Shown here one piece after another: positions 11,223 to 24,811 of a stretch of 64,000 nt of DNA. How positions within the stretch are numbered: the first letter of the stretch is position 1; each line of letters starts with the position of its first letter. The position numbers and the translations under genes are program-made. The notes under the pieces were generated by a model, which did no database searches, had not been told where the DNA came from, and saw only the letters and a list, made by a program, of their open reading frames with translations. The stretch is from Dicyema japonicum (lineage: Eukaryota > Animalia > Dicyemida), in NCBI GenBank assembly GCA_011109175.1, contig RDEW01000021.1, positions 507,080 to 571,079 on the forward strand. Reading direction: 5' to 3'.

Positions 11223-12867
11223 CAGTCGACCCCAAAATGGGGCAGACCCAAGGGTTGGGCATCTTTTTTCAAATCAACATTTTGGCAAAATAAAATGAAA
11301 AATCAATAAAAATTTAAGGAAATTTTGGGGCATCGTTAAATCATGTATTTATAAATTTTGAGATAATAAAATTATAATAAATTAATTATTTTTTTGTTTC
11401 ATTTTCAATTTTCATTTTTGTTGTGTTTATGGATTACGAAACTAAATTGAAAATTGCTAAAAAAATTATGAGGAACAGTTTATCTGAAAACAATTAATCT
11501 CAAATTACAAGACGAGTAAAGGAATTATTTCAAGAATCAAACAAAATATTGTACCTTTCTTACACCGCGGCAATACTAGTTCTTAGTTTTATGAGGCATT
11601 TAAAGTCAATAAAGAAAAATTTGATGATCAAGTCTTTGAAGTATTTCAAAAACTTCGGGTGGATAAAATTCCGATTTCAGACCTTATTTTGAAAAAAATC
11701 GCCTTAGTTACAGCTTCAAAAAATGGATTTACTTCCAAAATTACATTTACTTCCAATGGGTGGTTTGATATATTTAAATTGTGACATGAGCTTCAACTCA
11801 AGTAAATATGTGAGAAAAGGCCTCATGCGATTTATCTCACGTTAAAGATTATTTTAAAATTTTGAAGAGAAATAATTAAAATATAGACCTCAAAATATAT
11901 TTAATTGCGATGAAACCCTGATTTTTTATAAAATGAACTCCAAAAATCATTGTCGACAAAGGCGAACGGTGTTTTGGCTATAAACAAAAATAAGAAAGAC
12001 TCACTGTTCTTTCATGCTGCAATTTAATTGACGAAAAACATGACTCATTGATTATTGTAAAGTATAAACAACCTCAGTGCATAAAAAATTTGATGTCCAA
12101 GATTTTGGGTTTTTTTATTCGTTTTCAAAAAATGCATGGATGACTAGAAAAACTTTTATGAGTTAGCTTACACTAATAAATAAATTGTTTCGCAAAAACA
12201 ACAGAAAAATATTATTATTGCTTGACAATGCTGGATGCCATAAAACTTTTGAATGTTCAAATCTCGAATTTTTATTTTTACCGAAAAATACAACGCCCTA
12301 TTTACAACTATTGAATATGGGAATGATCAAGGCCTTTAAGTATTATTATTCAAGTTTCTTAATGGAATTTTTGTGTTTTCAAGATGTCGAAAACGATTTT
12401 GCACATTCTTGCACATTCTATTGCCAAATTAAACTTGCGTCTTGTCATGATGCTAATTTGGAAAGAATGGGAGAAAATAGATGCGGCATGTATTGCTACA
12501 GATCAATTTCTAAATCATGTTATAGACGAAACAATTGATGTAGATTGCGAAGAGTCCGAAAATAAATCTATAGTGGATATTCAGAAACGGAGAATATTAA
12601 AAGTGCCGTAGAGGAAACAAAGGATCTGCTAAACAATTTGGAAGAAAAAATTTCACATGTGGCACCAAAAATGCTGCGAGACTTCTATGATTTCCGGGTA
12701 AATTAACAATCATTATCGACAAAACTCTAAAATTAAAATAACTGATTTTTAAAAAAAATGTTATTTGATGTTAATTATATATTTAATTTTAGAAATAATA
12801 ATAAACCCCTGTTATTGGATACCCCCGCATTTTGGGGCACTTGGTTCCCTATTTATGGGTCAGACTG
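11223..12867 (+). mobile_element. Tigger/pogo DNA transposon, full-length, transposase inactivated
   Basis: Imperfect TIRs CAGTC..ACCC..AAAT.GGG; TA TSD; NCDET, ILLLLDNAGCH and FLPKNTT..LQ..MGMIKAFK DDE_1 motifs with stops. Confidence 0.9.
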
Positions 12868-13244
12868 TATAGCATTTGATCGTCTTAAACATATAAGTCA
12901 TTTATCAAACATCAATTAGTAAAAGTAATTATTTTATATCGCCCGTCTAACTTAATCTTCTCATTTTAGGGCCAACCTACATTGCATGTGTAGGTGCGTT
13001 CACGTCGATGCACGCAGCACATTCAGAGACTACCATAGGTTGATGTTCCATGCCGTCTTCCTCATCACCAGGCATCGATACTCCATGTCTTATTTGGTAG
13101 CTCTAGCGTCTGTATATAACCCTTGTCCCTCTCCTCCACCTAAGGCCATCCAAAATGGCTCTTGAAGAATCTGGAGACAATTCCATCAGAGGTAATGACC
13201 ACGGATTATTTTCACCTTTGCGTGATAAATAGCATCAAGTTCGT

Positions 13245-13518
13245 TACACATTGGCTTGGTAAAAATACGGAGAATTCAGCTGAATTAGTGGCAATCGAAG
13301 CTCTACGTTTATTATAAGGCTACTTTTTTTAAAATACGTGTTTCTAGACTGAGTGGCGATTACTGGGATTGAAAGAAACCCCGATTAAACGTCTAAGGTC
13401 GATTTCAATATGTGATTTTGTTCGTATTTGTCTGTTATTAGAAAATCGGTTTCCAGCATCTCTCGAGTGTTACAAAAGAAGTCGACATTTTCCAATGTGG
13501 TTGCTTTTAGGGGGATTT
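13245..13518 (-). pseudogene. Duplicated fragment of the NR1-like gene
   Basis: About 95% identical to 16978-17251, retains the 21-nt intron, has an in-frame TAA. Confidence 0.85.
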
Positions 13519-14099
13519 TCGCCTGTAGGTCATACTTGTGGAACTTTTCTATCTTGACCTGCTTGAGGCAGTTTTAATAAGTGATCCCAATTTCAGACGG
13601 ATTTGCTTCGCAAATGCTATAATAGTTTTGATGGCTTCATTGCTTAATTTGACAAATTAATACTACATATTAGGCAATGCGACTTCGTTTCATAGTGACC
13701 TTATAGATCAAAGAGTTAGTAGATAGAATAAGAAAATCAAATTTTTTTGTGTAACGGTAATATAAATGATGTAACTGTTAGTTTGATATTTTTCTTAGAC
13801 GAGTGACTCAATAAAAAACTGTATTTGCTTGTGCTAATAAATTGCATTTCTCATCTCATTGCAGTTGATATAAAATTCGCCAGGATATTTTCTAAAAACC
13901 ATAACTTTCCAATGATCTTAATGCTTAAACGCATCATCACATTAAGTAACAATTAATAACACGTTAGTAATTTAATAAAAAAAGAAAATAAAAATCAATA
14001 AAATATTTGAATTTTTTGACTTTAACTTTTTATTAAAAAATAAATTTTTGGAATTTTATAAAAAAATAAAAAACATGTGAATTTTCGAATTTGTTGACA

Positions 14100-14265
14100 A
14101 AATTCGGCCTCATAAGTGCCGTGCAAAAAGGCCTGATTCCCATGGATCGAAGCTAGCTGCTGTACATTCCGGCTGAAGGTTCCATGCATCTACGATGACG
14201 CCGTCATCAATGAACATTTCACTGTGGAACCGAATCGTTTATAAAGACTCAACGCCACAAAAAGA
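14100..14265 (+). mobile_element. tRNA-derived SINE (family T)
   Basis: Shares 'ctgaaggttcca.gcatctacgatg' with the copies at 38265 and 40390. Confidence 0.65.
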
Positions 14266-14587
14266 AAAAATTGAAGAGCATCCTTTGTTTCTCCATTTAC
14301 AATTAGTTATCATGACTGTTCTTTACTTAAAATAGTGTATGTCCAGTGTGTCCAACCTGGGAGGAGCTACAAGTAATTTGTCCCTCTCGTAATGTTAAGT
14401 TAGTTAAATGCTCTTTTGCGTAGCCTAAAAGTTTCGCTTGAGCCATTCTTTGCAACCATCTTCGCCCATCTTGTTTTTGGTCCTCATTCTCTTTAAAGTG
14501 CAACTTTTTTTGACAAAAATTGCCCTACTTAAAATCAAATGGAATTAAATTATTTATTAGATTGTTAGAATAATAGTAAAATTAGGC

Positions 14588-17404
14588 TTAAGAAGTCTTT
14601 GTTGATTTTAATGACTTTTTCTGAATAATTTTCCTTTTTTTATGTAAGATCTCCACCATAAAAATAGCTAATCCCCCCAAAATTCCGACAGACACAATTA
14701 TAACAAGTTCTGCTATTACTCCTTTCCCTTACCAGTCATATTCTCTACTCCAACAGTTTCAAACTTAGTAGCCTGACCGCATTCACTGTCCTGCTCAATG
14801 TACTTCATTTCCAAATATTGAATCGTTCCATCTTTTTTAAATTTCAAAATAACCATAGACGTAGTTTTGAATTTGATTACTCAACTGACTGGCCACTGGG
14901 AGATTTTTCCTGATTCCGAAGGCAACCTCGACTTCCCCAAATCCACTGCCCACAATAGAGAAGGAACATTTTCCAGCAACCCAATATTTGAGCTTAGATT
15001 CGAGATCAATCAGTGCATTTAGCTTTCTAAAAAAGTAAAAATTCTAACCCTTCTTCCATGTCTTTAATAGCATTCTGTACGCTGTTGTAAGGGATCTTAT
15101 TCATGTATGTAAATACGTGGATTAGCGTTTTGTGGTATTTGAAGTAGTAGGGAGTAAATCCAAATCCCACCGTGCTTATTGTAAAGTTTGGGTCGACGTT
15201 TTTTTTAATCTGGTCAGAATTTATCATTAATAAACTATCAAGTCGTCCACAGAAGTTATAGTTTTCCCAGAAATAGACTTGACGTAAAAGGACGCCAAGT
15301 TGGCTGTGTATGAGGCGACAATCAAAAATGAAAAAATGGCCCACATCATCCCAAGAAGCTTACCTGAAAAGCTTCTAGGAACTCCTAAGCCATAAAAATG
15401 ATTATGAACTCTTAGCAATTGGAATATTCAGCAAACTCCTAAAGCGAACCAGATTGCACTGGACATTGACAGAGCGTTACTCATTTCCTTTTTATCCTAG
15501 ATTTTCGAAGCGTCTTTCGGGCCATGAAATAACGAGAAAAGGGAGAGATTCTGTCAAACAAATACAAGGCAGTTGCCACTATAAGTGGACAGGCAAAAAG
15601 AACCACCCACATTCCCAAACTGAATGACTGAAAAAATGAGCTAAAAACATTATTTGAGCTCTACATGTCATTCAAATGATTACTTTATATAGTAAAATTC
15701 TGTTCCTGTCCAGTATAAAGGGAAATATAAAATCTATGTATTTCATTCGTAGACGAGTAATGTGGAGACCAATAGCTCCAATGTCGGCTTTTCCGACGGC
15801 TAATTCTTTAACAATTCCGAACAAATTCTTGTCGCTTTCAATCTAAACAGTGAGTTCACGCAGTCACGTAGTATGGACCATATTTTCTGTCTCCTACGAT
15901 GTAAAGTTCGAATTGCAGTTCAAATCATATGCAAGCTTGTTTAACAGCGCAACACAGAATCCTCCGCAGCAATAGGGGGTGGTTTTATCTTAAATTTATT
16001 TTGGCTCACAACTGTTTGTAGGATCAGTCCATGGACATGGCAAAGCTGGTGGTTCACATTTTCCGTCAACAGGGGTGAAGGTCTTTATGTAAGGAACCTG
16101 GTCCAAAATGGTTACCTAAAACAGTAAAACGTACAACCTTCAGTTTGTAGGATTCCTTGATTGAATTGAAGGGAAAGATGTTTATGTTCGGCCAAATTAT
16201 ATTTGGGAAAAACAAATTCACGTCAGTCACCTAATTTTGATGATTCGCAAGAAATACGTTATTATTTCTTCTTATAGACCCAACTTGCGTCAATCCACTG
16301 GACTGGGCATTCATCACGTTGAAAAAATATTTTTCCTGATTTCCGAATGAATCAAATTTTAGAAAACTTGAAGAATATTTATTAACGTTCTGTGGGGGTT
16401 TATTGTAAAGTTTTACTCAAATTTAAATATCGTTTCTTGGTTGTTGACTGGACTGTTACAATTTCTCTTATTTTGGTTATATCCCATACTTTCATAGGAT
16501 GTCGTAATCATCCTTAACACTTCATCAATCTCCGTTGAAAAGTTGTTCTGTTTTCATATTGAACTCCCAACATTCCTGCTTTTATTTGTTACTTTACCAA
16601 TTGGGACATTTGAGCCAATGGTGACTTCTTCGTTGAGTATCCAAATATACTGAGTGTCCAGTAATCCAAGTCTGCCAGCGGAACTGAATATGTTCGTGCT
16701 ATCTCTCAAACTAAAATGCCGCTAAAAATTACTTTGAAGACAAAAATATTATCCGAGAGAAGCACGTGGTTATTCCTTTCAAGATTTCCGTGTAATTCGC
16801 CAAGTTTAGTGGTAGTTTGATTACCTTTTCGATTATAATCTATTTTAAATAGCAAAAACCACGTGTTTTTCTTTCGTCTCAATGCTTATAAGTTGCTCAT
16901 AAAGTTGATAAGATTCAAAATCGTCTGTGTGGACAAAAATTATGTATTTCCATTGAAAGTGTATGGCAAAGTCGTGGTACACATTGGCTTGGTAAAAATA
17001 CGGAGAATTCAGCTGAATCAGTGGCAATCGAAGTTTCTACGTTTATTTTAAGACTACTTTTTTAAAATACGTGTTTCTAGACTGAGTGGCGATTATTGGG
17101 ATTGAAAGAAATCCCGATAAAACGTCTAAGGTCGATTTCAATATGTGATTTTGTTCGTATTTGTCTGTTATTATAAAATCGGTTTCCAGCATCTCTGGAC
17201 TGTTACAAAAGAAGTCGACACTTTCCAATGTTGTTGCTTTCAGGGGGATTTCCTTAACAGTTATTTTTGAAATATTTTGAAAATTCGTCAAGCTGTACTT
17301 TGAAACCTCATTTCTTAGCAGATTCGTCTTAGAACTTTCCATAAAAGATGCAATCGTTGTGTGTTTCCATTAGTAATATAAACGAGGCACAATATAACCA
17401 CCAT
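14588..17404 (-). CDS. GRIN1: Ionotropic glutamate receptor, NMDA NR1-like (about 5 apparent frameshifts)
   Basis: ATD, CCGGFCV, FDRISPF, AIWFALGVLLN, PRSFSGK, SYTANLASF and M4. About 15 introns of 20-27 nt; single-base deletions near 17365, 16547, 16390, 15912 and 15433. Confidence 0.8.
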
Positions 17405-17716
17405 TTCTACTAATTAGTGGAATCTTCTATTTATTACTGTGATTCTCTGGGGAACATTAATTACCAACAATTGCCTAGCAATTTATTATTATTACTCTTC
17501 GAGAAATTGTCATCCTGGTCACCTGCTCGGGGAGAAAGTAGCCTACATTTGTATTCAACAGATAAACTTTCTCCCTTATTGAACAACTACCAAATAGTTT
17601 GCTTGGTACTGGCTACTGGACAGGCACAAAAAATAGCGTCCCCAAGGGGGGTCACCTCGACCTGACTAATATAAAGGAAACCGATTGCTATCAATCGTCT
17701 TTTATAAAAAAAATTA

Positions 17717-19358
17717 CAGTAAACCCCCATTAATCAGAACTTCAATTATCCAAAAACTTCAATAATCCGAATTTTTTTGATGAGTCAGCAAAATTTTACG
17801 AAGATTCCATACAAACAAGCTTCAATAAACCGAAACTTCATAGTCCGCAATCCGAAAGACATTTACTAAAATTTTCGAATTATTTTATTTTGTTTTTATT
17901 GTACATATAAATGAATTTACAATTAAAATTTAAAATTTAACAGTACCACATGGTTAGAAAGAGGGCTGAAATTTGCTCAGAAAGAAAAATTTGTGGAATA
18001 AAAAATACATCAAAAATGATTCTCAGAGAATTATCTAATATCTGTGAAATAAAAATGAACCTTTATTTGGGAATTTCAACACTTTCAGAAATTCTAAAAA
18101 AGTCGTGAATAATGGGAAAAACTGTGAAACTATGATTAACAAGTCAAGACAGCCAGCTGGTAAACATCATTAACTTGATAATTCCCTTGTTATATGGATT
18201 TCAATTATGGATGCAATCAATGGCTTTATTACTGATGGTATCATCATTTCAAAAGCTAAAATAATGTGTGAAAAGTTAGGAATCAACGATCTTGAATTTA
18301 GCAAAGACTGGCTACACAGTTTTAAAGGAAGATTTAATCTTAATCTAAAAGTTCTTCGTGGAGAAGCTAACAGCTTAACACAAGATGAAATTAATTTGAA
18401 TAGACAAAATATAATTGACAAGTTAAAAGAAATTGACCCTGACGTATTGCTAAACATGGAAGAAACTGGACACTTTTTTCAATCTTTCCATTCGAGAACA
18501 ATTTTACGTAAATATAGAAAATGCATTACGCAATTAAATGTGAGGATCACTATAGCTCTTTGTGCTAATGCAACTGGAAAATTAAAAATTGAACCCTTTG
18601 TTGTTGGGCATAATAAAAGACCCAGATGTTTAAAAGATTTTGATTTTGAAAAATATTGTACTATGCAAATAAAAGGGCTTGGATGTCATCAGAATTTTTT
18701 AATGTTTTCATCAGAAATCTTAGTGATGAATTAAGATACTACGGAAAAAAGTTTTTTACTGATTGATAATGACGAAATTTTTTGAAAACATTGAAATTGT
18801 ATTTCTTCCAAAAAACACAACTGCTCATCTTTAACTAATGAATGTAGTAATAATCAAGAACTTTAAGCATTATTATTATAGAAAAAGGCTTATTTTGGAT
18901 TATATGGAAGCACTTGATTTGGGAAAATTTTTTTTGTTAATTTACGGAAGGCCATCATAATGATATCTCACGCATGGAATGAAGTAAAAAAAGCACAATA
19001 GAAAATTGTTTCAAAACGACGGTGACAATAAAATGTCGGCCTGGACACATTCATATGCCAATGAAGATATAATGCAAGATCCTGTTTTGGATGTGTAAAA
19101 AAAGAACTAGAAGAACTTGCTAATGAGGAAATAATAACTCATACAGAAACCCTCAACGAGAACGAAATCGTCACCCTTTTTTGTGAAGATTATAATATCG
19201 ACGAAGAAATTATTGATGCTGAAAATGGAGAATTTTCGCCAATTGAATTATTAAGTGCAATTAACATTATAGAAGAAAGTACAAAAATCAACGAATTTTC
19301 ATAAATGATAGAATCGGCAAACTCAAAAAAATAATGCAAACAATACATAGCAAAATTA
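17717..19358 (+). mobile_element. Tigger/pogo transposon, decayed, right end not found
   Basis: TA-CAGTAAACCCC left end; FSKDWLHSFKGRF, LRGEA, NMEETG, RITIALCANATG and FLPKNTT. Confidence 0.85.
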
Positions 19359-19637
19359 AAAATTAATTATTTGTTATTCCCATACTCCCACGGAAAATCA
19401 CTCGTCTGGGACGCAACGTGTGTAGACACCTTCTCAGGAGCCAGATCGCTGACGGCGACGCACTCTCCTGGAGACCCAGCCGACCAGGCGAGGCCAAGAA
19501 GATCCGTAATTACGAATCCCTTGGAGACGAGTACCATTTCGCCCCCATTGCTGTGGAGACAACTGGAACCGTGGGAGCAAAGACAGACGCCCTTCTCTCC
19601 AGCTTTGGAAGCAAACTCGCCTCAAAAAGGTGTGACC
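19359..19637 (+). mobile_element. CRE/RLE internal fragment flanked by 13-bp direct repeats
   Basis: PYSHGKSLVWDATCVDTF..FAPIAVETTG; CATAGCAAAATTA at 19346-19358 and 19638-19650. Confidence 0.8.
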
Positions 19638-19654
19638 CATAGCAAAATTATTTT

Positions 19655-20250
19655 AAAAATGTCTACTGATTGTTTTTCTAACAATCTAGCAGAATCATTT
19701 TTTCTGCTTTATAAGCTACGAAATCCTGCAATCGTAAACTTTTCCGACAAATATGGTCATTCTATTCATTCGGAAACCAATTGCCGTGATATTGTAGAGT
19801 TTCTCGTTGAACAGGTGGTTTCAAATATTTATGAAACAATTTCAAGTGGGAACAAATTTTAATGATCGACGAAACTGATGTACATAGAGAAAAATTTGTT
19901 GTATGTTGTAACATTAAAGAATCTTCTATTTTTTAATATTTTATTCCTATCGATTCATCCTCTAATCCCGCAATTATATTCCAAATTATTGACGATGTTA
20001 TTCCCAATCCTGATGCAGGAAGAAGAATTTTCTATTTGCTCATTTAGATGCTGATCCTTATATGGTTTCTGCAGAAAAAATGTTGAAACAGTTTTATTCA
20101 ATTTTTATCATATTACATGTGTGGAACGTTTGATATACAATCGTCTTTTCCGTATTAAATTTCATTATCCTGAGGTGGATTAATTAATATCATCTATAAG
20201 ACACTTGTGGTCAAAAAAACTCACGGCGTCAATAAAAATTAGGATTTTAG
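19655..20250 (+). mobile_element. hAT-like (CGGBP/DUF659-type) transposase remnant, possibly continuing at 22230-22760
   Basis: LYKLRNP, LMIDETD, DADPYMVSA..LKQFY and HITC-like motifs with frameshifts. Confidence 0.55.
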
Positions 20251-20339
20251 TATTTCGGTCTAACAAACTGACAATTATGATAATGGGAACCGACAGACTA
20301 CCATCGCTGGCTATGTCCGCACACAAGAGTAAATGGTTA

Positions 20340-20458
20340 TATAGAGGCTGCCCTGACAGCGTGGCTATTCCCTCTCAGGATAGCGAGCGAGATTCGCTCA
20401 AATAACCAGCAGCGCTCACGAGGGTCTCCTTTTCGTGTAGCGATCTGATTCCCTAGAC
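20340..20458 (+). mobile_element. SINE-like family B copy, split by an insertion
   Basis: Homologous to 4555-4665; resumes at 22193-22227. Confidence 0.6.
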
Positions 20459-22192
20459 CAATACCAATAATACCAATAAACCAAATTTATTCCACAGTAA
20501 GTAAGGAGTTATTTTAAAAATATTTAAACGTGTCCGCCTATGCGGCCTGGACACTTCCGATGCATCCACACTCCATTTATTTACCTTCTATCGTTGGAAC
20601 CCATCGATCCTTTTCTTTGCTGACAGCTGCAGCAGAATGACGGTCCTCTTCGCATCCATTCCCAACGAAAAACAAATTCACAGTGTGTATTCATAATAGT
20701 TTTTGGCTCACGTATTGTAGAACTTCGCTGTAGAACAATGTGGTTCCAGTACTAGCTTCTGCATTTTCGACTTATGGAATTTCTATAGAATTGTATCCCT
20801 CTAGCATTGTGTTGTAGATCTTTTTCACTTTGGTCTCGTTGTCCACCAGGATGTCAATCTTGGTGGACGATTGTAGTAGTGCCAGGTCATGACGCCTCTT
20901 CTTAAGGGATCTGGCGTCCACCAGCACTATCTTCAAGTTTCTTTTCAATTTTCTTGTTGGTGGCCCGGGTTCTCCATGGCCAGGTCCACCATATTGTGTA
21001 AATCCATCCCGAGTATGTTGCTCAGTTCCTTCAGTCTTGATACTATTTCCTTTAGTTCTCTTTTAATACTCCTGATAACTTTTCCTTCGGTAGCCAGGCC
21101 GACTCTCGTGGAAGAGGTGCAGCTTTGTACTTGTTAGTTCTTGGGCCAATTACCTTTTTTTGGCCAATTTCTTAGTAATAATCCGTCTGTTTCTGTTCCC
21201 TGTTGTCGATTCGGGAGTTTAACTTTCGTCTGGCCTCCATGAATACAGGGAATCCTTCGTATCTTGCGCCATGTTTTGTTGACCCGCAGTTAACACATTT
21301 TCGTTAAAGAGTTGGATCCGCATCACACTTGGTGGTGTCGTGTTCTCCGCGCAACGGAAGCATTTTTTCTTTCCCGTGCACTGGTATGCAAAGTGGCCGA
21401 TTTGCTGACAGCTGTAGCAGATTGGTAGTCCTCTTCGCATCAATTCACAAGAAATCTTGTTCGTCCCGATGTAGAAGCCACATCGTATTAGTGATGTAGC
21501 CTCCGACTTCATATTGATCGTGGCCTTTACCAATGGCATGGCCTGCGATCCTCTGGTCATTCGGGTAACCTTCGTGACTGAGGGAGCCATCTCCTGAAGG
21601 TAGTCCAAGAAGTCGTCCTCCTTCACCCAGAAGGGGAGGTTCCTGAGGACAATCTCAGACGGTTTTGTTGAGATTGTCTTGAAATGGTGATTCTCATTAC
21701 CAAAGGGGCAGGTCTCATTCACCGCTCTATAAAGGTAACCACATGGGAGTTATCCAGGAAATCTAGTCGGAAAGAGCCCGGTCCTCTGTGGCTTATTCTC
21801 ATAGATCCGTATTGGTCATAGTATTGTAAAACGTTTGCGATTTTAATCGCATTCATAGTAGAATTCACTGTAATCAATATAGTCTTGTTCTCTGAATGAT
21901 CAGATTTCATTAGTTCATCCGTATATTTAGACATATCCTTGGGATCGTATTTTGTAATGACATTCGCTGGTTTAACAAGTTCAACCTTATGCGGAGTCTT
22001 GTTCTCTAGAGAGAATGATTCAGCAGTAGCACTCCCCGGAGGACGAGAAGAGCTTTCACTTTAGTGGTTTTTACTGGTTTTGATACAGATCTCTTGGTGT
22101 TTGTTTTCTGAACCATTGCTATTGATAAATTGATAAATCCCAATTATTGTTTTGGTTATTCCACTTATGTTTTCAAATTCAGACGACTCAAG
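20459..22192 (-). mobile_element. Non-LTR element encoding only a gag-like ORF1
   Basis: IVLRNLP..PLVKAT..PICYSCQQIGH..C..CFRC knuckles; (ttattggta)n tail; about 20-bp TSD agcgatctgattycytagac. Confidence 0.7.
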
Positions 22193-22919
22193 AGCGATCT
22201 GATTTCTTAGACGACTCAAGAATTCCAATTATTTAAAAAATAGTTATCTTCCTGAGCCCTTTGTAATCAGCTAGGATGAAAATTTAACACTATCAATATT
22301 TGTGATGGTCTAAAAGGGGAATCTTTATTAATTCTAAAGCAAAGGAATCTGTAATGAATCCATTACTAATCATGAATCTAAAAAACATAAGCGGGAATAT
22401 AATTTATTAACGAATATTTTTAAATGAAATTGAATCAACAAATTTACAATATCTAAGGAATATTATTTGTTAAAGAATGCTGATTTTAAAGAAGAATCCT
22501 GGAAAATTGGACATGAAAAGAATGAAACAAACGACATTTCAGCAAATATGGAATCAACTGAAATAGTAATTTCTCCGTTTGATCATTCATTTTAATGGAA
22601 TACCAGGCAACTGAAGTGGAGAGGTCATTTCAGATTCTTAACAAAATTTTAACGAAAGAAATTTACTACTAGAAAATGTAAAATATTATCTAATTTTGGT
22701 GTTTCAATTTTTTTGATTATAAGAGCAACTTTTTGGTTGCTTTAAAATAAGATATTATGGAAGGTTAGATACTGATTAATTGCCTGGGAGGTTGAGGCAG
22801 TGACGTACCTCTAAATTAATTCATGTGGAATGAATAGTCTAGCTATTCCTTCTTCTCAATGGCAAGGTTCTAAACGACATCGGGCCCAGAATTGAAGGAA
22901 CTTGAAGGACAATCTTTAA

Positions 22920-23265
22920 TAATTTATTATTAACCCCGGATACACGGAGAATGAAGTTAACAGTGGGCAACTAATTAAGTTTATCCAGTTTTTAAGGTTA
23001 CAAAAACAGAGTCCATCAACGTCACACAAGTAAATTCAGAATTAGCATAAAAGGTGCAAGACGTCTATTTTTGCAGATTGAAAACCCATCAGTGGAATGG
23101 AGGAGTACAAAAGATCCTTTTTAGTTCATCTTGGCACTGGGCGCCAGCTGAGACGGGTGGACCACATGAACCCATCTAGTATGAATAGGAGGAGGAACAG
23201 ACAAAGCTACAGAAATCTTAAACCAATTAGCCACACATCACCACATTGCAACACGCGGCCAAATT
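22920..23265 (-). mobile_element. SINE family A full-length copy (core 23113-23173)
   Basis: Colinear with 49368-49690; tail ccggggttaataataa. Confidence 0.8.
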
Positions 23266-23343
23266 ATACCCTGAAGTTGAACGTAAAGAATTATAATTAA
23301 AAAAATTAAATGATTTTATTACTAATAAAATATTATGTTAATG

Positions 23344-24466
23344 TCATTTTCTTGACTTTAAAATTATTGCGTTGCATTGAATGCTCATTTCGAAATCCCC
23401 CTTTTTGAGAGAACAACTAAATTATTTAAATATCGAAAACTCGGCGTTTTCAGTTTTCTTGGAATTATTTAAAATAAATATGTTCTGCCAGTCATTTGGG
23501 CAATAACACTTTCCGTCTTCAAGCCAGGATGAAACACAGTTTTTATGGAACTAACAGAAACTGAGAAAATGACAAACTCTGTGATAGCATGAGGATATTA
23601 TTATTTCGTCATTTTCTCTTAAGCACATCAGGCACATGTAGCACGTGCGAGTTTGATTGTTTGGTCGGTGAATTTTCTCGTTTGTTACTTTCTTCAATCA
23701 ACTTCACAATCTTTTTAAGTTCCCTTAAAAATTCCAACTGAGCAACTTTTTAGTCAGCAAATGTCTTTCGTGAGGCATATTCGACTCAGATCTCTTTATG
23801 TCTTCCGAGGACGCCAAATATTCTCTCAGCACGGTTTTCACGTTTCCAAAATCGCAGCGACACATCGGACAGGTGATCATTTCATCTCCTGGTGATTAGC
23901 CCATATTTTGAGGCATTTCAGGTGAACAGTTTTTCCGCAGCCATTCCTTTATTTAAATTTATCGTGAAAATAGTGTTTGTGGTGAATGTTTACCTGCAGT
24001 ATATGATTGGCTTGCGACTGGGAAAGAAGTCCTCTTGGCAGATTGGGCAAATGTCGTCCTCTTCGACCTTCTTCTGTTCGACAAATTGTTCGGTCCCTTT
24101 AGAGTGACTGACTTTGGTCTTTGAAGACTGGGGTCCCATTAAAATTCTATCGATATCCAACTGATTCAAACCTGACTGCCAACAGACTACAATAAATTTA
24201 AATTTACGTGGATTGTTGGTGGAAAGTCTTAACTTCTTGACCAAAACCCAACAAATGTGAACGCACAAGTCCCCACTATTTTTGAATTGTTGGCACGTGC
24301 AAGAATGTACTTCACCGAGGTATACTTTATGAGTGATCTCTTTCTCTGGAGTTTCTTTGATTCCAAATCCTAAGGGACCAAAGTAACGGACAATATAAAA
24401 ATTTTTATGTTGAATAGAAAACAAGATCCTCTGCACGTGATCATTTGGTTGACTTTTCCAAGGCAT
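23344..24466 (-). CDS. ZSWIM2: SWIM-RING-ZZ-RING E3 ligase ZSWIM2-like
   Basis: GPLGF..HKVYLGEVHSCTC..LCVHICWVL; DDICPICQE; ITCPMCR; second RING; tiny introns. 3' end approximate. Confidence 0.8.
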
Positions 24467-24554
24467 TTTAATAGTATTTAATTATCCATAGCAATAAAAT
24501 GTTTATTAGTATTTATTTTTAATATTTTTAATATTTGTGATTTTATTAATACAA

Positions 24555-24740
24555 GTCCCAGTCTCCAATGCCTCTGGAATCCTTAATACGTTGCTGCGAG
24601 AAACTAGTTATACGGCCGATGTGTACCTGGCTGGGCTCGAGGGAGGAACATCGTGCCAAACTGAAGTCTCTCTTGGAGCGTGCCGAGATCACGTGATTAG
24701 TTAGTTTCGTGTTGCCGTAATCTTTTGAATTTTTTTCATT
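24555..24740 (+). mobile_element. SINE-like element (family C, related to 60950-61205)
   Basis: Shared 'ggaacatcgtg.caa.tga.gtctct.ttggagc.tgcc..gatcac'. Confidence 0.6.
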
Positions 24741-24811
24741 TCAGAGAAGTGAAGATATTTGGCCGAGCATCGATGCTAGTTAATATTCATTACCTCGTGA
24801 AATTCTGGAAA

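Noticed and set aside
16548-16564. 17-nt GT-AG intron in the NR1-like gene
   Set aside because: It restores the frame, but the unspliced sequence plus one base aligns to GluN1 without gaps, so a single-base deletion is more likely.
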